Shown: one piece after another, positions 46,496-57,706 of the stretch
How the letters are laid out: every line of letters begins with the position of its first letter
How positions within the stretch are numbered: position 1 is the first letter of the stretch
NCBI GenBank assembly: GCA_965207885.1
Contig: OZ242311.1
Coordinates: forward strand, 1,472,001-1,536,000
DNA: 64,000 nt
Direction of reading: 5' to 3'
Source of the DNA: Candidatus Latescibacterota bacterium
GTDB taxonomy: Bacteria; Latescibacterota; UBA2968
Made by a program: the position numbers and the translations under genes
Notes under the pieces: model-generated
Told to the model about the DNA's origin: nothing
The model's input: the letters and a program-made list of their open reading frames with translations, nothing else
The model's database searches: none

Positions 46496-47370
46496 CCAAC
46501 CCCGCCGTTACCAATAATATATCGACTCTTGTAAAGTTGATTTTCCGCATTGCTGGTGACAGCCGATAGAAATCCAGAACGGGCTGCGGCTGCACCCCAA
46601 TTGCCATATTTGTCAATGGCGATATAGGCCATCTGATAGGGGCGCGCAGAGGGAACGCGCGCAATGAGATGTTGTACAACAGCTTCGCAGGCTTCCTGCG
46701 GCGATTTGCCCTGCCGCATGTGTTCAACAACAGCAAACGACCCGCAGGTCCGAGCAATTTCCTCACCGCGACCGGTGGCCGCAGCAGCTCCTGCATCATT
46801 ATCCGCATAAAGACCCGAGCCAATAAGCGGCGAATCGCCAACGCGACCGGGCAACTTAAAAGCCGCGCCACTTGTGGTACAGGCCGCCGCGAGATTCCCG
46901 TGTTGGTCAAGAGCGATTAAGCCAATCGTATCGTGGACATCTGCGGGAAGTCCTGTTTGCTCCCTTTTCCACTTCTCCCAGGCTTCTCGCCCGTGCTCTG
47001 TGAGCATATTGCACGCTTCAAAGCCCTGTGCGCGCGCAAACTTCAGCGCGCCATTGCCCACGAGAAAAACGTGATCTGTTTTCTCCATCACGCACCGCGC
47101 CACAGCAGTGGGCGTGGCAATATTTCTAAGCCCAGCCACCGCACCATAACCGAGAGTAAATCCGTCCATAACCGCGGCATCGACTTCGACCTCGCCCTCG
47201 GCATTGGGATATCCGCCGAAACCAACGCTCTTGACCGCAGGATCGCGTTCCGCCACCTCAGCACCCCGCACAACAGCATCGAGCGCAGAGCCACCGCTTT
47301 TCAAAATTTTCCAGGCGGGCTGATTAGAAGCGAGACCAAACCGCCATGTGGATACAACAATGTGGGACAT
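46492..47370 (-). CDS. N(4)-(beta-N-acetylglucosaminyl)-L-asparaginase (glycosylasparaginase, Ntn hydrolase)
   Basis: STW, SVGFGGYP, autocleavage HDTIG, TSG..FKLPGRVGDSP and ATG.GE. Confidence 0.9.
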   Translation of the reverse strand: MSHIVVSTWRFGLASNQPAWKILKSGGSALDAVVRGAEVAERDPAVKSVGFGGYPNAEGEVEVDAAVMDGFTLGYGAVAGLRNIATPTAVARCVMEKTDHVFLVGNGALKFARAQGFEACNMLTEHGREAWEKWKREQTGLPADVHDTIGLIALDQHGNLAAACTTSGAAFKLPGRVGDSPLIGSGLYADNDAGAAAATGRGEEIARTCGSFAVVEHMRQGKSPQEACEAVVQHLIARVPSARPYQMAYIAIDKYGNWGAAAARSGFLSAVTSNAENQLYKSRYIIGNGGVG

Positions 47371-47403
47371 CGCCTTCTTTCCATCTGAAATTTTAAACCT
47401 TTC

Positions 47404-48699
47404 CTATTCTCCCATCGCCCGGTAAATCGCATTTCGCGTGCCCTCGAGATCAAAACACTCGTACTGATTGTCGTACATCACACGCGAAGCAATATGCATC
47501 GCCTGCGATTCGGTCAGATAACCTTCTTCCACTTCGGCTTCGAGGGTTTTGTCAAGCCAGAAACGGGTCTGAAATGCGTAGGCAGCGGCACTGGTGGGCC
47601 AGCCCGTATCACCGCCAAAAACAAAGAGCTTATTGATGGGAGCACCGTGGATAAATCGGCGGACAAAATCGCTTGAAGCGTAGGGATTAATAGACCAGGC
47701 CCAGCACAGATCTGCCCAGACATTTTTGTAGTGCTTGGTCAGCGCGATGAGTTCATCGCTATAGGGATAGGCAATGTGCATAAGCACAAAGCGAGCGTCG
47801 AGATACCTGGCCAAAAGCGCGCAGAGATTGCCAGCTTTGATGCGGTCAACGGGCATGCGATTGTTGCCAGCGTAATAGCCCGTATGGATTTTGAAGGGCA
47901 AATTGTGTTCAATAGTCAATTCCACACCGCGTGCCCAGCACCAGTCGCCAAGGCACAATCGCATAGACTCGGAAACATTATTATTCGAGCTAAGCGTCGC
48001 GTAAAGCGCGCGTTCGACATCGCCGCGGGCACGCGCTTGCCAATTGAGGGTGCGATTGTACGCATGTTGGGCTTTAACCGCAATGGCACAAGGCGCGTGC
48101 TTTTCAAATATCGCCTCCATCGCCTTCTGAAGAGAATCGAGATCAACAACAGCAATACCAGTGTCTTCGGCAATAGCTTCCTGGTCTATCTGCCCACTGC
48201 AAAACCCCGCCCAGGAGAGGTCGTAAAGAAAAAAGTCTGGTCCTGATTCATCGGGATCACAGGGCCAGGAAGAATCATCGGTTTGAATATGGTCGAGATT
48301 GGCGACTTCGCGCAGCAAATTGTAGCGACCACCGGGAGTACGCAATTCAGTCAGTTTTTCCTGTGCAGGTGCGAGCACATCGGGTGTGAGTTCGTCAAAA
48401 CCATACACATCGGTGACAATGCGCCGCACGGCCTCGCCATAACCCGTGTACTGCGTGGCCTCCCACGCTGCACGAACACCTTCAAAACGCCCGGCAAGGT
48501 CTGGATCTGACGCATCTGTGAGACGCCTCAGGGCTTCCTGCGATGCACCAGCCGTAATGAGATCCGCAGGCACATAATTGCCAAAAAGGTCCTGTAATAC
48601 ATCGGGACCATCGTCGATCCAATCAGGCTCCCGACGAAGATGCTCGTGCGTATCGCACAGCGCGGTTTGTTCGATATGTTCAGATAAATTGGTCGCCAT
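47404..48699 (-). CDS. Amidohydrolase family protein
   Basis: DTHEH, KIHTG, LMHIAYPY, DLCW and FGGD motifs. Confidence 0.85.
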   Translation of the reverse strand: MATNLSEHIEQTALCDTHEHLRREPDWIDDGPDVLQDLFGNYVPADLITAGASQEALRRLTDASDPDLAGRFEGVRAAWEATQYTGYGEAVRRIVTDVYGFDELTPDVLAPAQEKLTELRTPGGRYNLLREVANLDHIQTDDSSWPCDPDESGPDFFLYDLSWAGFCSGQIDQEAIAEDTGIAVVDLDSLQKAMEAIFEKHAPCAIAVKAQHAYNRTLNWQARARGDVERALYATLSSNNNVSESMRLCLGDWCWARGVELTIEHNLPFKIHTGYYAGNNRMPVDRIKAGNLCALLARYLDARFVLMHIAYPYSDELIALTKHYKNVWADLCWAWSINPYASSDFVRRFIHGAPINKLFVFGGDTGWPTSAAAYAFQTRFWLDKTLEAEVEEGYLTESQAMHIASRVMYDNQYECFDLEGTRNAIYRAMGE

Positions 48700-48731
48700 G
48701 GTATTATTCCTCCTCAATCAAGAGCCTCTGC

Positions 48732-48752
48732 TTTTAATTTTTAATTTTTAAT
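48732..48752. repeat. Heptamer tandem repeat (TTTTAAT)x3
   Basis: Directly visible in the intergenic gap. Confidence 0.7.
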
Positions 48753-48757
48753 TCTCA

Positions 48758-49525
48758 TCATCTCGCAACTTTCAACCAATATCCCCCATCCACACTCAAC
48801 ACCGTCCCTGTAATATAGTCGGCAGCATCAGAACAGAGAAATGCGGCGGCATTGGCAATATCTTCCGGCGTCCCCAGGCGCTTCCAGGGCAGCGCAGTAG
48901 CAGCCTCTCGGATTTGTTCTTCCGTCGCATATTGACGCTCGCCGGGCGTATCAATGTAACCAGGCGTAATCACATTGGCGCGAATGCGGTGATCGGTCAA
49001 CTCATTGGCAATAGTCGCCGACATCTGGTTGATCCCCGCCTTTGCAGCATTATAGGGCAACGAGGTCGAAAAGGGAATATTGGACAAAACAGAACTGATA
49101 AAGAGAATCGCCCCCCCTTCGCCCTGTTTGACCATCTGGCGGGCGCCGGCCTGAGCCATGTGGAAAGCCCCCCAAAACGTGACATCAAGCGTGCGACGCG
49201 CGCCATCTAATTCCAGATCGAGAAAAGGTTCGCGCTTGCTGTAATACGCATTGGAAACCACAATATCGAGACGCCCAAATTGCTCAACCGTTGCGGCGAC
49301 CATCGCATCCACCGCATCGCGGTCAGAGACATCTGCGCCATAGACAAGCGCGTCAGACCCCACATCGCGAATCTCAGCGGCAACTTCCTCTGCCTCGTCG
49401 GGATGCGTGCGATAATTGACCGCGACCTTTGCGCCCGAACGCCCCATCCGGAGGGCAATACCGCGCCCAATACCGCGTGACGCGCCGGAAATAAGTGCGA
49501 CCTTTCCATCCAAATTGATATTCAT
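48758..49525 (-). CDS. SDR family NAD(P)-dependent oxidoreductase
   Basis: SGASRGIG, YNAAK, PGYIDT and ITGTVLSVDGG. Confidence 0.93.
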   Translation of the reverse strand: MNINLDGKVALISGASRGIGRGIALRMGRSGAKVAVNYRTHPDEAEEVAAEIRDVGSDALVYGADVSDRDAVDAMVAATVEQFGRLDIVVSNAYYSKREPFLDLELDGARRTLDVTFWGAFHMAQAGARQMVKQGEGGAILFISSVLSNIPFSTSLPYNAAKAGINQMSATIANELTDHRIRANVITPGYIDTPGERQYATEEQIREAATALPWKRLGTPEDIANAAAFLCSDAADYITGTVLSVDGGYWLKVAR

Positions 49526-49544
49526 AGAGAACTCCTTATTCAAC

Positions 49545-49964
49545 TCACCCCGCGGGCAGACCCGTACCCGGCCACTGATCGTCGCTTGAAGTAATATCCA
49601 CAGTAATACCATCGGGATCCTCTACTTTGAACGCACCCTCCTCGAGCTTATCCGGAGCCAAGGGCTCTTTACCGCCCAGACCATCGGAAAAAATCTCGTA
49701 ACCCATATCCGTCAAACGCCGCGCTACAGCCTCCAGGTCCGGAACCCGAATGCCAATATGCAGATAATCCAGCATCCCGCTGACATGCTCTGGGCGGGAA
49801 GGCCCATTATGCTGAAAGAGGCGGAAATTGTGATACCCATCGGTAAGATCGTAGGATTGACCTCGATTCTGAACGAGACGCAAACCCAGACCATCTCGCC
49901 AGAAGCGGATAGTCTCATCGATATCTGTGGCGCGCACGCCAATATGAACAAGTGTAGTAGCCAT
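49545..49964 (-). CDS. VOC/glyoxalase family protein
   Basis: HIGVRATDIDETIRFWRDGLG, HIGIRVPDL and DPDGITVD. Confidence 0.87.
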   Translation of the reverse strand: MATTLVHIGVRATDIDETIRFWRDGLGLRLVQNRGQSYDLTDGYHNFRLFQHNGPSRPEHVSGMLDYLHIGIRVPDLEAVARRLTDMGYEIFSDGLGGKEPLAPDKLEEGAFKVEDPDGITVDITSSDDQWPGTGLPAG

Positions 49965-50005
49965 AATGGTATTCCTCCTGTTGAAGTGTAACCTGCCTGA
50001 CCTCA

Positions 50006-51754
50006 TCACCGCTGATCCCACAACTGCCGCATCTCCTCACTCGACTCGAGCAACTCGTCCAGCGTCCCCATGCCCTCGACACGACCATTTTTCAGAACGA
50101 CAATTTGATCTGCGCGGCGAAGCGCGGGGCGGCGATGAGAAACCACGAGACAGGTAGCCCTGCGGTGTTCAAAAACGCGCCGCCAGAGAACGCGCTCGGT
50201 TTCCACATCCAGCGCAGAAGACAAATCGTCAAAAACCAGAAGTTCGGGATCGCGAATAAACATGCGCGCGGCAGCAGTGCGCTGAATTTGACCGCCTGAA
50301 AGTTTGACACCGCGCGGCCCAACAATCGTATCCAGACCGTTTTCAAGGGTGGAAATATCGGTCTCCATAACACCATTGTAAAGCGCGTGTTCGAGTGCTC
50401 GATCATCGGGCACCCCCAAAAGAATATTATCGCGCAGAGACTCGCTAAAAAGGTGTGGAATCTGCGGCGTATAAGCACAGCGCGGAGGCGTAAAAAAAGT
50501 TTTGGGATCCGCAACCTTCTCACCATTCCAGTAAATATCCCCATTCACAAGCGGAAGAACACCCATAAGCGCGCGGATAAGCGTGGTCTTGCCCGATCCG
50601 ATTTGCCCCGTAATAACCGTAAACGATCCAGCGGGAATGACGAGATCAATATCGTAAACACCATTTGTGGATTTGGGATAAATATAAGTCATATTGCGAA
50701 TGGTGAGTGCGTTGAGCCTATCCGATTCCGCACGGGATGGCAACGCCAGTTCATCGGGTTCTACATTGAGATAAACATCCGTGTGTTGAGAGATGCGTTC
50801 GCGGGGAATATCTTCAATAGTATAAGCCATCCGAAAATAAGAAACTTCGGCGCGCTTGTGATTGGTGAGAATGGTCCCTAGCAGGGAACCGCTTCGAGCA
50901 ACCTGACCGACATAAGTGGCAAAAAGAGCCATATCGCCAACCGTGAACACGCCCGACTTCATTTTTTCAGCCACGAGAATCAGGATAACACCCGTGGCAA
51001 TATGCCCCAGGTTGAAATTGATCGAACTCAGAATTTGAGTGAAAAGATTGTCGATAAGAGTAGATATGCGGCGCGCATCATTGAGCCGTCGAAAATGGTC
51101 AATCACATGGGCTTGTGTGGTAGCAACTTTGACAGCGAGGATAGATTGAAACATCTCGTTGATAAAATTGGTAGATCGCTCGGTTGCAACGCGCTGCGCG
51201 GTGCGGTATTTGTGAATATAGTTGCGGGCAAAATCCACAACAATAACCACACCTATCGCCGGTATAATCGTGATAAAAGTGATATAGGGATCGATTCTCG
51301 ACATATAAAAAATGGCGAGCACAGCAAATACGAGATTGCCCCACATGTGGATATACCGATTGAGGTATTGAATAATGCCCAACACATCGTCCCGAAATCG
51401 GTTGGTCACCTCGCCAGAGGCGGTGGAAATCTTTCCCGGATCTCGAACTTCGAGAATAGCAGTCATAAGATTTTTCCGCAAAAGCGTTTCAATAGCATAC
51501 CACCAGCGCGGCCATGCAAAAGCCGAACCGAGAAGGGCGATGCGGTCGCCAATCTCAACAGCGACAAAAAGCGCGACAAGCGACCAGGCAGTGAACCCCG
51601 CCTCGGCCTGACCGGTGAGCGCGTCAAAAAAGCCCTTCATAATAACGCCCGCGAGAAAGGGCGCGATGTCGTCAATACCGCGAAAAAATATCGTAGTCAA
51701 AAAAAGTCCGGGACGGAACTTGAGCAGCCGCCATGTCGTTTGCCCCATCGTCAT
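50006..51754 (-). CDS. ABC exporter, fused TMD-NBD (heterodimer subunit B)
   Basis: [23 protein letters not shown] and VSHR. Confidence 0.92.
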   Translation of the reverse strand: MTMGQTTWRLLKFRPGLFLTTIFFRGIDDIAPFLAGVIMKGFFDALTGQAEAGFTAWSLVALFVAVEIGDRIALLGSAFAWPRWWYAIETLLRKNLMTAILEVRDPGKISTASGEVTNRFRDDVLGIIQYLNRYIHMWGNLVFAVLAIFYMSRIDPYITFITIIPAIGVVIVVDFARNYIHKYRTAQRVATERSTNFINEMFQSILAVKVATTQAHVIDHFRRLNDARRISTLIDNLFTQILSSINFNLGHIATGVILILVAEKMKSGVFTVGDMALFATYVGQVARSGSLLGTILTNHKRAEVSYFRMAYTIEDIPRERISQHTDVYLNVEPDELALPSRAESDRLNALTIRNMTYIYPKSTNGVYDIDLVIPAGSFTVITGQIGSGKTTLIRALMGVLPLVNGDIYWNGEKVADPKTFFTPPRCAYTPQIPHLFSESLRDNILLGVPDDRALEHALYNGVMETDISTLENGLDTIVGPRGVKLSGGQIQRTAAARMFIRDPELLVFDDLSSALDVETERVLWRRVFEHRRATCLVVSHRRPALRRADQIVVLKNGRVEGMGTLDELLESSEEMRQLWDQR

Positions 51755-53562
51755 GCGATAAGTTCCTCCAGACCTGTATTGAGCAAGCGTGAAAACTGCG
51801 AATTTGAATCTGCGACGAGATCTTTGCGAAGGCCAAATTCACCCACCTGCCCGTCGTCGAGAATGAGGATATTATCCACGCGCTCTACAGTCTCAAGGCG
51901 ATGCGCGATAATAATACCCGTGCGATTTTGCAACAGGCGTTCCACCGCAAAATTGATATTCTGCTCGGTTGCGGGATCGAGCCGCGATGAAGGCTCGTCC
52001 AGAATGACCAGACCGGGATCTTTGAGGAAAACGCGGGCAAAGGCGAGCAACTGGGCTTCGCCAGCCGAGAGACTGCCCGAGACGAGTTCGGTATCCAACC
52101 CCCCGGACAAGGACGCATACCATGCACCAAGGCCGAGTTCATCGAGTATAGCGACGATTTTTTTATCCGAAACATCGGGCCTAAAAAGGGTGAGATTATC
52201 GCGCACACTGGCATTGAAAAGTTGTACATCCTGCGTAACGAGACCAACGTGCTGCCGCAAATCGTCGAGCAAAATATCCCGGATATTTTGGTCTCCAATG
52301 CGAATTTGTCCGCGTTGAATATCGTAAAAGCGAAAAAGCAAGCGGGTAATCGTGGTCTTGCCACTGCCCGTGCGCCCCAACAAGCCGAGGGTTTTGCCCG
52401 GATCGAGAGCAAAGGAAATATTCTGCAAAACCGGATCGCCAGGGTTATACGCAAAATGGACATTCTCAAACGCGATACCCAAAGGCATTACCTCAAGTTT
52501 ACCAGAAGGAGCAGCAGATAATTTTTCATTCCCATCCCGAATGCGGGTCTGGATGCGGTGGAGTTCTTCAATGCGTTTAAGCCCGGCGGTTGCGCGTTGC
52601 AAATCGTTGATTTGCTGGCTAATTTGAAAAAGCGGTTCGCGCAACATCGACGTGTAGTGAAAAATGAGAAAGACCGCGCCAATTGTAAACGTACCCTCCC
52701 GATAAAGCCAGATACCCATGCCCATTGCAAGCGCGTAACCGAGCGCGAACATAATGCCGGTAATCGCACGCAATCCTTCGCTCATAATTTCGGATTTCTT
52801 CACGCGGGCAAAAACGCCGTTATTGACCCCGTAAAACCGATTCACAGTGTAGTCGCCTGCACCATTTGTGCGGATGTCTTCAAGGCCGAGCAATCGCTCT
52901 TCGATAAAACCGTAAAGACGCGCATAACTTTCGCGTTCAGCCGTATAAATGGGCACAGCAATATTGCGCGTGAGATTAAAAACAATAAAAGCGAGAATCG
53001 AAAAAGCCGTCAGCGCTGCGCCCACGCGCCAATCTTCGCGAAAGACGAGAATGAGGACGCCCAAAAGAAAAAATGAGCTTCCAATAACATGAATGACAAA
53101 TTGCGAAAAAAAATTAGAAAGCGCCGTCGTATCGCCGTCAACGCGCTCGATCATCTCGCCCGGCGTATGCGCGTGGTGAAAGCCCATATCGAGATTGAGG
53201 CAGTGGTGCGCGAGCGTATTCCGCATCTGATTCGTCGCGCGCCAGCCCACGTCCTGCCCCAAATAAGAACTCACAATTTGCACACCCTGGCGGATAATGC
53301 CAATAGCGAGAAAGGCAATACCCGCCCATACCAGATTTTGGACAGCACCATCTGCCTGCGCCGTATCGATAAAATATCGAACGATTTGGGGATTGAGCAG
53401 ATTGAGACCAATACCGGTGAACATGAAAACGCCGAGAAAAACAACGCGCTTCCAATGGGGGCGAAGATAGTGTATCAGGAGGGTGGCATAATGCCTGAGA
53501 GGGACGCGTTCCAAGAGGATTCCCGAAGTGGGTGAAAAAAAATGGACATCCAAATCGCTCAA
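51751..53562 (-). CDS. ABC exporter, fused TMD-NBD (heterodimer subunit A)
   Basis: [26 protein letters not shown] and AHRL; start uncertain. Confidence 0.92.
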   Translation of the reverse strand: MSDLDVHFFSPTSGILLERVPLRHYATLLIHYLRPHWKRVVFLGVFMFTGIGLNLLNPQIVRYFIDTAQADGAVQNLVWAGIAFLAIGIIRQGVQIVSSYLGQDVGWRATNQMRNTLAHHCLNLDMGFHHAHTPGEMIERVDGDTTALSNFFSQFVIHVIGSSFFLLGVLILVFREDWRVGAALTAFSILAFIVFNLTRNIAVPIYTAERESYARLYGFIEERLLGLEDIRTNGAGDYTVNRFYGVNNGVFARVKKSEIMSEGLRAITGIMFALGYALAMGMGIWLYREGTFTIGAVFLIFHYTSMLREPLFQISQQINDLQRATAGLKRIEELHRIQTRIRDGNEKLSAAPSGKLEVMPLGIAFENVHFAYNPGDPVLQNISFALDPGKTLGLLGRTGSGKTTITRLLFRFYDIQRGQIRIGDQNIRDILLDDLRQHVGLVTQDVQLFNASVRDNLTLFRPDVSDKKIVAILDELGLGAWYASLSGGLDTELVSGSLSAGEAQLLAFARVFLKDPGLVILDEPSSRLDPATEQNINFAVERLLQNRTGIIIAHRLETVERVDNILILDDGQVGEFGLRKDLVADSNSQFSRLLNTGLEELIA

Positions 53563-53647
53563 AGTTCTTGAAAATTAAGAGGTCGCATGTTAATTTCCAA
53601 ATGAAATTTAATCACTAACACTGTAATCCAACTTATCTTTTCGTGAA

Positions 53648-54934
53648 ATGCCTCCCAAATTCATTCCCCTTCTAAAAAACACGGGCCTCGACATCCATTG
53701 GGAAAAATCCGCCGCAACATTCCCCGGCAACCTCCCCTTTCTTCAGCCCGAAGCCATCCGCGAAAACGGCGACTGGGCAAATCTTCCGCCCAACGCCATA
53801 AACTTCGCAATCCGCGCCGCCAAACAAATCGCCGCCGATCCCGACCTCGCGCACATGGCCTGGCATGCCCATCGCCTGCTCTTCATCGACAAAAGCACCC
53901 AGAACTCGGCAACCCGCGACTGGCCCCTCCTCGCCCCCGTACTCGGCAATTACGGCGGCGCCTTTTATCTCCTCATCGCGCTCTCGGGCATACCACAACT
54001 CCGCACCTACCACCAATCGCGCGACATACCCGAACACATCACCCGCCTCACCTGCCGCGACACGTACGTCTGGGCGCAACAATACCACGACATCGGCATC
54101 TTCAAAAACGATCGTTTCTTCCACCCGGGCAATCCTGGCGCATGGGGGCTATGCACGCGCATCTTGCCCTGGCTACTCGGCCATCTCAACGGCGACCTCT
54201 ATCGCGTAGGACGCCTGCAATACAAAATCGGACCCTTTCGCCAGAAAATGCGCGCGTACCGCCATCGCACCTCTACACATCTGTGTCTCCTGTGCGAATC
54301 CGGATTGGAATTTCGCACCGACGGCAACTTCAACGGCGCGGGCGAACGGGAAGACCCACAAGCCTGGACATCTGAACGCACCGAAACCGCGACCCATATC
54401 ATCGGCAATCCCATACACCCCAACGGCCACGCACAACGCCAGCCGGTCGGCCTCCCTCGCGCTCACTGGAATTGCGTCCTCACTGAAGGCGATCCCATCC
54501 TCGAAATTCACATCCCCGAAGACGGACCAATGGCATTTGAAAATTGCGGCGACTCCCTCCGTCAGGTCGCCAAATTCTTCCCCAAACACTTCCCCGACCG
54601 TCCCTTCAAAGCGATCTGTTGCACATCCTGGTTCCTCGACCCCACGTACCAGAACTTACTCTCCAAAAATTCCAACATCGCTCGCTTCCAGCGCGAATGT
54701 TATCTCTTCCCACTCAACTCGCGCAGCAAATACAGCAGCCTCGATCGCATCTTCGGTCCCTATGTCCACGACCTCTCCACAGCCCCGCGCGACAGCAGCA
54801 TGAGAGCCGCGGTACTCGATCACATCGAAAACGGCGGCTGTCTCATCAGCGGAGGCTGCCTCCTCTGGACAGACCACCTCGACAAATGGGGCACCCAATT
54901 TTATCTCCATCAATCTCCCAGTCCCCAAAGTTGA
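53648..54934 (+). CDS. Acyltransferase-domain protein (GNAT-like, DUF5596-type)
   Basis: YRVGRLQY, LEIHIP.DGP, CTSWFLDP and SNIARFQ motifs. Confidence 0.7.
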   Translation: MPPKFIPLLKNTGLDIHWEKSAATFPGNLPFLQPEAIRENGDWANLPPNAINFAIRAAKQIAADPDLAHMAWHAHRLLFIDKSTQNSATRDWPLLAPVLGNYGGAFYLLIALSGIPQLRTYHQSRDIPEHITRLTCRDTYVWAQQYHDIGIFKNDRFFHPGNPGAWGLCTRILPWLLGHLNGDLYRVGRLQYKIGPFRQKMRAYRHRTSTHLCLLCESGLEFRTDGNFNGAGEREDPQAWTSERTETATHIIGNPIHPNGHAQRQPVGLPRAHWNCVLTEGDPILEIHIPEDGPMAFENCGDSLRQVAKFFPKHFPDRPFKAICCTSWFLDPTYQNLLSKNSNIARFQRECYLFPLNSRSKYSSLDRIFGPYVHDLSTAPRDSSMRAAVLDHIENGGCLISGGCLLWTDHLDKWGTQFYLHQSPSPQS

Positions 54935-54996
54935 CATCTTCTCAAACACATATTACCTTTCGCCTCACAAATAACACCCTCGCCACTCGTATCCCC

Positions 54997-55016
54997 GTGT
55001 CTTTGTGTCTTTGTGT
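54997..55016. repeat. Octamer tandem repeat (GTGTCTTT)x2.5
   Basis: GTGTCTTTGTGTCTTTGTGT in an intergenic gap. Confidence 0.6.
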
Positions 55017-55048
55017 GAGACATTTATCCAATCCCATATCTTTCGCCC

Positions 55049-56023
55049 ATGTCCAACACCCCCGACATCGCCGTTCAAAATCTCCGAAAAACTTATGAAG
55101 TGCCCCAGCGAGAACCCGGATTGGGCGCAGCGATCAAAAGCCTTGTCTCGCGCACCACACGCGACGTCGAAGCTGTAAAAAATATCTCCTTTGACGTTGC
55201 CCCAGGCGAAATCGTCGGATTCTTGGGACCCAATGGCGCCGGCAAAACCACCACCCTCAAAATGCTCTCCGGCTTGCTCCACCCTACAGCCGGCGAAATC
55301 TCAGTCATTGGACACACGCCTTATGCGCGCCACAAAAATTTCCTCAACCGCATCACCCTCGTCATGGGCCAGCGCAACCAGCTCATGTGGGACATCCCCG
55401 TAGCCGATTCTTTTGAACGCAACCGCGCAATCTATCGCATTTCTCACGGCGAATACAACAAAACCCTCGACGAACTCAGCGCCTTACTCGACCTGAGCGA
55501 TCTGCTTTCCAAACCCGTGCGCAATCTCTCATTGGGCGAACGAATGAAATGCGAAATCGCCGCAGCCCTGCTCCACCGCCCAAAGATTCTCTTCCTCGAC
55601 GAACCCACCATTGGCCTCGACGTCACCATGCAGCGCCGCATCCGCGCCTTCCTGGGCGAATACAACCGCCGCCACAGCGCCACCGTATTGCTCACCTCGC
55701 ATTACATGGCCGATGTCGAAGCCCTGTGCAAGCGCGTCATTGTCATTCACCACGGCGAATTGCTCTTTGATGGTGATTTAAATGCCCTTATCGAACGCTT
55801 TTCACCTCACAAAACCATAGTCGTTGATCTCGAAACCGAACGCGCCGACCTCTCTTCCTACGGCGAAGTCGTCACCGCCGAGGGCAACAGCGTAACCCTG
55901 CGCGTACCAAAAGCAAAAACCGCCGATGTCACCGGAAAATTGCTCGCCAATCTGCCCATCATCGACCTCACAGTTGAAGATCCACCCATAGAGGAAGCCA
56001 TCGAACAGGTGTTTTCAAATTGA
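55049..56023 (+). CDS. ABC-2 type transporter ATP-binding protein
   Basis: GPNGAGKTT, LSLGERMKCE, FLDEPTIGLD and TSH. Confidence 0.95.
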   Translation: MSNTPDIAVQNLRKTYEVPQREPGLGAAIKSLVSRTTRDVEAVKNISFDVAPGEIVGFLGPNGAGKTTTLKMLSGLLHPTAGEISVIGHTPYARHKNFLNRITLVMGQRNQLMWDIPVADSFERNRAIYRISHGEYNKTLDELSALLDLSDLLSKPVRNLSLGERMKCEIAAALLHRPKILFLDEPTIGLDVTMQRRIRAFLGEYNRRHSATVLLTSHYMADVEALCKRVIVIHHGELLFDGDLNALIERFSPHKTIVVDLETERADLSSYGEVVTAEGNSVTLRVPKAKTADVTGKLLANLPIIDLTVEDPPIEEAIEQVFSN

Positions 56024-56823
56024 AACATTATACCACCATCTACTGGGCCTTTTTCAAGACCTCATTGCTCGAACAATTTCAATATCGCGCCGCCATGGCG
56101 ATATGGATGATCGGTCGCATACTCGAACCCATCATCTACCTCACCGTATGGACGACAGTCGCCCACGCACGCGGAGGCAGTGTGGGGTCCTATACACCGG
56201 CCGACTTTGCCGCTTATTACATCGTCCTCATGCTCGTCAACCAATTCACATTTTCCTGGATCATGCACATATACGACTTTCGCATTCGCCAGGGCGAACT
56301 CTCCAACTTCTTGCTCAAACCCATACACCCCATACACGCCGACATTGCCGAGAATATCGCGTACAAAGTCATGACCGCCATCATCATTTTTCCCACGGCA
56401 ACTTTGCTCTTCTTTCTCTTTGACCCCAACCTCGCCTTTCACATCCAGACATTCGCCGTCTTTTTACTCGCACTGGGCATGGCGTTCTTCATGCGATTCT
56501 TCATCGAATGGACCCTCGCCCTCGTCGCCTTCTGGACCACGCGCAACGAAGCTATTAATCAGATGTACTTCACACTCGGCCTATTTCTCTCCGGACGCAT
56601 CGCACCCATCGATCTGCTACCGGATGCCATCCAGACCCTCGCCGACGCGCTCCCCTTTCGCTGGGCTATTGCATTTCCCGTCGAACTCATGCTCGGTCGT
56701 CTCTCACAAGAACAAATCTGGAACGGATTCACCATGCAAGCCGTTTGGCTGCTCGCGGGTTTTCTGTTAATCCAACTCACCTGGCGGTCAGGCGTCAAAA
56801 AATACTCGGCAGTTGGATCATAA
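56020..56823 (+). CDS. ABC-2 family permease (DUF990-type)
   Basis: QYR, IRQGELSNFLLKP, LSG..AP..L.P and YSAVG; about 6 TM. Confidence 0.9.
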   Translation: MKHYTTIYWAFFKTSLLEQFQYRAAMAIWMIGRILEPIIYLTVWTTVAHARGGSVGSYTPADFAAYYIVLMLVNQFTFSWIMHIYDFRIRQGELSNFLLKPIHPIHADIAENIAYKVMTAIIIFPTATLLFFLFDPNLAFHIQTFAVFLLALGMAFFMRFFIEWTLALVAFWTTRNEAINQMYFTLGLFLSGRIAPIDLLPDAIQTLADALPFRWAIAFPVELMLGRLSQEQIWNGFTMQAVWLLAGFLLIQLTWRSGVKKYSAVGS

Positions 56824-56834
56824 GGAATTCATCC

Positions 56835-57620
56835 ATGTACTACTTAAAACTAATATGGACCTTCTTCCGCATTGGCGTCCTCAACGAAATGGCCTATCGC
56901 GTGAACTTCTACGTCCAACTCCTGCAATCCCTCCTCAGCCTGGGCACAGCCATCGCGGGTCTGGCAATCGTATTTTCACACACCGATACCCTCGGCGGAT
57001 GGCAGGCCGTTGATATCCTCGCACTACTCGGCGTATTTATGTTTGTAGGTGGCGTGATAGGCATGGTCATATCTCCGAGCATGAGCCAGCTCATGGACGA
57101 TGTGCTACGAGGCCTATTCGACTACACCCTCACCAAACCGTGCGACGCGCAATTCCTCGCCAGCATCTCGCAAATCCGCGTATGGCGGCTCACCGATATT
57201 CTACTCGGCGCGGGCGTGCTCATCGCCGCGCTGATCTATCGGGGACTCGATATTGGTCCGCGGGAAGCCCTCGCCTTCGCCTTTGTCCTCTGTACGGGAG
57301 GCAGCATCATCTACAGCTTCTGGCTCATGCTCGCCACCCTCACCTTCTGGTTCTTGCGTATCGAAAACATCCTCCACATCTTCCAGAGCATGTACGAAGC
57401 CGGCCGCTGGCCCATTGGCATCTACCCCCACTGGCTGCGCTATATCCTCACATTCCTCGTACCCGTGGCATTTGCCATCACAGTACCCGCGGAAGCACTC
57501 TCAGGTCGCCTGACACCCGAAAGCACGATCACATCTGGCCTGCTGTGTATCTTTCTCATCGCATTCTCGCGCTGGTTCTGGAAACGCGGCCTAAAAAACT
57601 ACTCCGGCGCATCGGCATAA
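56835..57620 (+). CDS. ABC-2 family permease (DUF990-type)
   Basis: MAYRVNF, G.FDY.L.KP, WP..IYP and YSGASA; start ATG 56835 after AAGGA. Confidence 0.9.
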   Translation: MYYLKLIWTFFRIGVLNEMAYRVNFYVQLLQSLLSLGTAIAGLAIVFSHTDTLGGWQAVDILALLGVFMFVGGVIGMVISPSMSQLMDDVLRGLFDYTLTKPCDAQFLASISQIRVWRLTDILLGAGVLIAALIYRGLDIGPREALAFAFVLCTGGSIIYSFWLMLATLTFWFLRIENILHIFQSMYEAGRWPIGIYPHWLRYILTFLVPVAFAITVPAEALSGRLTPESTITSGLLCIFLIAFSRWFWKRGLKNYSGASA

Positions 57621-57633
57621 TAGTCATGCCCGT

Positions 57634-57662
57634 TTGACTTTCCAGATTCTATCGGCTATTTT
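57634..57662 (+). promoter_or_regulatory. Putative sigma70 promoter
   Basis: TTGACT-N17-TATTTT upstream of the AAGGAG RBS and ATG 57707. Confidence 0.45.
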
Positions 57663-57706
57663 ACCCCTGCTTTCAACACCAGACAATACACATAAGGAGT
57701 TACAGA

